Shown here: in pieces, positions 58,213 to 64,000 of the stretch | Numbering within the stretch: the first letter of the stretch is position 1 | Layout: each line of letters begins with the position of its first letter | Assembly: GCF_009914755.1 (NCBI RefSeq) | Contig: NC_060935.1 | DNA: 64,000 nucleotides | Source: the human T2T-CHM13v2.0 reference genome, Homo sapiens | Direction: 5' to 3' (one strand) | The notes under the pieces: model-generated | What the model was told of the DNA's origin: nothing | Database searches by the model: none | The model's input: the letters and a program-made list of their open reading frames with translations, nothing else | Translations under genes and position numbers: made by a program

Positions 58213-60737
58213 GCAGCACCCCTTGGACTTGACCCACCGGCTGCTAGGGCTGTCCTGGCTCCAAAGGTAGAGCAGTCATGGTATGCTGTGAGCCGCCCTG
58301 AGCCACCATTAGAAAACGATTCCGTGTCCTGGAGGCAGCAGACAGAAGACACAGCCTGGTGGTGCACAGCTTCCTGCAGGGAAAAGTGCATGAGGCCCGG
58401 CTCTGGCCTCAGGAGTGTGTGTCGAGAGAAGCCCTTCCCAGGACCCCTCAGGAGCCCCCACAGGGCTCTGCAGCCAGCTCCAAGGAACGGGTCCAAGGGA
58501 GTGGAGCTGCTTCTGGCTGGTGGGAGGAGGGGCTTGCAGGCTCGGGCCAGGGCTGCTGTGAGCAATGGTGAGGCCCCCAATGCCAGGCCCAGGCCCCCTC
58601 CTGAAGGGAGGACATAGCTGATGGCTGGCCCTCCCCAAGCCCACCCTGCAGACACTGAAACCCCAGGCCAGGTGCTCCTATCTTCACAGGTTTCAGTTGC
58701 CTCTCAGAGCTTGAGTTCAACCAGACAGCCCTCCTCGGTGGGTGGCCATCCTTCTTCGGGGCTGTCCTGTCTGAAATGTGGGATCCAGCCATGTCCTGAC
58801 CGGAGGCCCTGAGGTTCACCGTCTCCCGCTCGGGGAGGCGGGCGTGGCTGGGCCCGCAGGTAATGCCAGCCAGTCCCTGCACCTGGCCCCATTGGGGATG
58901 TGCTCAGGAGCTGCTGCTAGTCAGCCAAGGCTCCCAGAGGCACAAGCTGTAGACACTGAGGGCCCCGGGTGTGGAGAAGACCTGGCTCCTCGTCACTGGC
59001 TATCGGAGAGCGCTGGGGTGTTAGGAGAACACGGTGAGCATGAGGCCGGGGATCGGGGCTGGGGTTGCTGAAACTCTTAGCGCCACATGAGGCCGAGGGA
59101 GTCAAGTCCTGGGGTGGCCATGAGGGGCTCGCCACACCATTCTATGCACTTCTATGCTTGAAGATTCTCACAGTAAAAGATTCACAAGACAGAGGAGGAA
59201 AACGCCTAGGTCCACCGAGTCGTGGCAGCAAAAGACGCCACGGCAGTGATGAGGACCACGTGCCTAAGATTCAATCCCTGCTGCTGCCGGCCTCCCAGAC
59301 GTCCCCTGGCGGGTGACAGACAGGATGAAGGAACGATGGGCTCCACTCTGCAGAGGACACAGTATAGGCTGGAGGAGCGAGGAGGCTGGGACTGGATGAC
59401 TGGCTGGTGTGGGTGGCAGGCGCCGCATTGCTTGGCGGTGCACGTGGTGTGTGGGGGCATGTGAGGCTGGGGGCTGTCTGCTCTTTAGGGCGGTCGCAGC
59501 TAATAAGTGAGATTTCAGCTAGAAAAGCAGACATCTGGTGCCAACACAAGGCGAGAACAGAGGGTGAGGAGAGGCGTCTGAGCTGATGTCGCCAGAGCTC
59601 AGCAGGAGCCGGCACAGGTGCAAGGACAGATAAGCCTCGAGAAAGGGCCAGGGAGAAGAGCCCCAGCTTCTAGAACAGATAGGGAGGACCCACAGGACAC
59701 CCCACAACGGGTGGCCCATCTCACCCTGTGCACGTTGCAGGCAGTGAGCCCTTGGGCTGGATTTGGTGTCCAGAGTGGATGACACCTGTCCAGGGCAGGA
59801 CCACAGGGTGCAGATGAACAGTGCAGCTGAGAGGGAGGTCGGGGCTCAGGGAGGGGCTGGACACCACCTGGGCAGAGCCAGGGTCAGGAAGAATGTTCCA
59901 AGGAGCTGCGAACACGGCCCCTCCACCGTGCAGACATTCAGGCGGAGGCAGGAGTGCCGTCCACTCGTAGACGGGACTCTGGCACAGTTGAGAGCCAGGA
60001 ACCTACCCAGGGAAGACACTGGTGGCTGTCAGGCATCACACTCCCAGCAGCAGGGTTGCCTCTGCCTGTGATCCTTGCCAGTGTCCCCCTTGGACTAGAG
60101 TGGGCGTGCCCTCCCTGCTGTACCCTTGAGGCAGGAGCCATGGCTGTGCAGCGTCAGCACTCTCTCGGCCGGCTCGGCAGCTGTGAGGATGCACGTGTGA
60201 GCGAGTCTTGGCAGCCGGTTATTTATTCCAGCCTTGCGGGAGGTGGCCCTGCTGAGCTGGCATCTGTGCCGCTGCCCTGGCCAAGGTCTCTAGGCAGGGA
60301 CAGACAGGGCAAGAGCTACTGGCCACCCAGGATGGGACGTGGGGACGGGCACTCTAGGGGCCCCTGAGACCCAGATCTCCCTATGGCCTGCTCCCCTCCA
60401 GTGGTCCTGCATCCAGGCTGGAGCCTGCCAGGTGCCCACACCCCTCCTCTGTGCCACTCAGGCCCAGAGGTCATTAACAAGGGCACTTCGGGTGGGCGAG
60501 GAGGGCAGATGAGGGGACTTCTCAGCTGGGAGTGAGGACCCAGAAGCAGTGCCTTTCTTTCCTGACTGGGTGCACACAGACCCCAACTTGTGCAAAGCTG
60601 GGGGGTCCTGAGGGCATACACCCCCACACGCTCACATACACACCTTTGTAATCAGAATTCCTTGGCCCCAAACCCCCTAGCCAATTCTCAGAACAATCAT
60701 GGGTGGGTGCAACTGCCCACGGGAAGCTGCTGAAGGC

Positions 60738-61007
60738 TTTGGTTGTTTTGGAGACAGGGTCTTGCTCTGGAGCCCAGACTGGAGTGCAGTGCAGTCTCCA
60801 CCTCCACAGCTCAGGCATTCCTCAGCCTCCTGAGTGGCTGGGACCACAGGTGTGCACCACCATACCGGCTAATTTGTTTTTAAACTATTTGTAATGATGG
60901 GGTCTCTCTATTTTGCATAGAAGATCTCGAACCCCTGGGCTCAAGCAATCCTCCTGCCTTAGCCCCACAAAGTGCTGGGATTACAGGTGTGAGCTGTTGC
61001 GCCAAGC
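60738..61007 (-). mobile_element. AluJ-like element
   Basis: Diverged antisense Alu. Confidence 0.8.
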
Positions 61008-61082
61008 CACACTGATGCCTTGTGTGACCTGACCCAGGCTCTTGTGCAGTGAGTGAGCCCTAACTCATCACCCTCAGATGGT

Positions 61083-63266
<2,184 letters not shown>

Positions 63267-64000
63267 TGCGGTGGCGACTCAAGGCCAACACCTGTCTCCC
63301 TTTCAAAAGCCCAACCAGAATTGAGGCTTCCCTGAAGGCCTGGGTGAGCAGAGCCCACAGCTGGAGCTGAGGCAGGGCTGGGTGCATGGGGAGGCCTCTT
63401 GCTTTGCACAGGGGATCCTGGGCTGGGAGCCCAAGCTCTGTACATGGCTCCACCCAAAGGTCCCAGAACCAGGCACCATGTCAGGGATGTGGTAAGGTGG
63501 GGGACATGAGCTGTGCTTCCAGAGCCTTCCCAGGATTCCCAGCATCAAAGGAGGGCCATGGTGGGGGAGGGTGCAGCACACACAGGAGCACAGAGCAGCC
63601 CCAACTGAAAGAACAGACAGTTGGGCAGACAGGGCGGCCGGGCCCCTCACTCTGCATTGCAGGGACATGAGAGCTGGCACCCAGTGACTGACCTGTGCCC
63701 CATCTCAGCAGGAACAGGGGACCCAAACGAGCCAGGGGCCCTGGGGCATCGCCCTCGCCTGTGCGGAGCCCCGCGTGTCTCAGTGTGTGGCTGAGTTCTC
63801 TATGACTCACTGGGTGAGACGTGGGAGAGAAGACGCCAGGCTCTTCGCCCCGCCTGATGCCCAGGCTGACCCCAGGCCCACCTCAGCCAGCACCCCCTCG
63901 TGTCCGCCCCCGCAGCAGGGTCAGGCCCTGCTCAGTGACCCAGAGCGCACCCAGGGCCAGAAGCCAGAGAACAGCGGGAGCCCAGGCCTGTGCTGGACCC

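Overview
Human (or very closely related primate) genomic DNA: GC-rich, Alu-dense, and recognisable as the 11p15.5 cluster PNPLA2(+), CRACR2B/EFCAB4A(+), CD151(+), POLR2L(-), TSPAN4(+) and the 3' end of CHID1(-). I reconstructed the exon chains by hand from GT-AG junctions. They give intact proteins of 504 aa (PNPLA2), 399 aa (CRACR2B), 253 aa (CD151), 67 aa (POLR2L) and 238 aa (TSPAN4), plus the last three CHID1 coding exons. Top finding: a 92-codon, strongly codon-biased ORF (ATG 33407) in an internal CpG-island promoter runs in frame through the splice acceptor of the first TSPAN4 coding exon. It predicts a ~330-aa TSPAN4 with a phospho-site-rich N-terminal tail and a duplicated TM1-like motif, gated by an in-frame uORF. 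Other findings: a tandem amplification of the CD151 exon end encoding the integrin-binding QRD motif into the next intron, with in-frame cryptic donors; a 1.2-kb TSPAN4 intronic VNTR rich in TGCGTG/TGCACCC motifs; a 6x GC-box minisatellite inside nested MaLR LTRs; nested and inverted Alus; and a DR1 element plus ORF in a PNPLA2 intron. No database searches were run, so novelty claims are unverified and repeat subfamily calls and boundaries are approximate.
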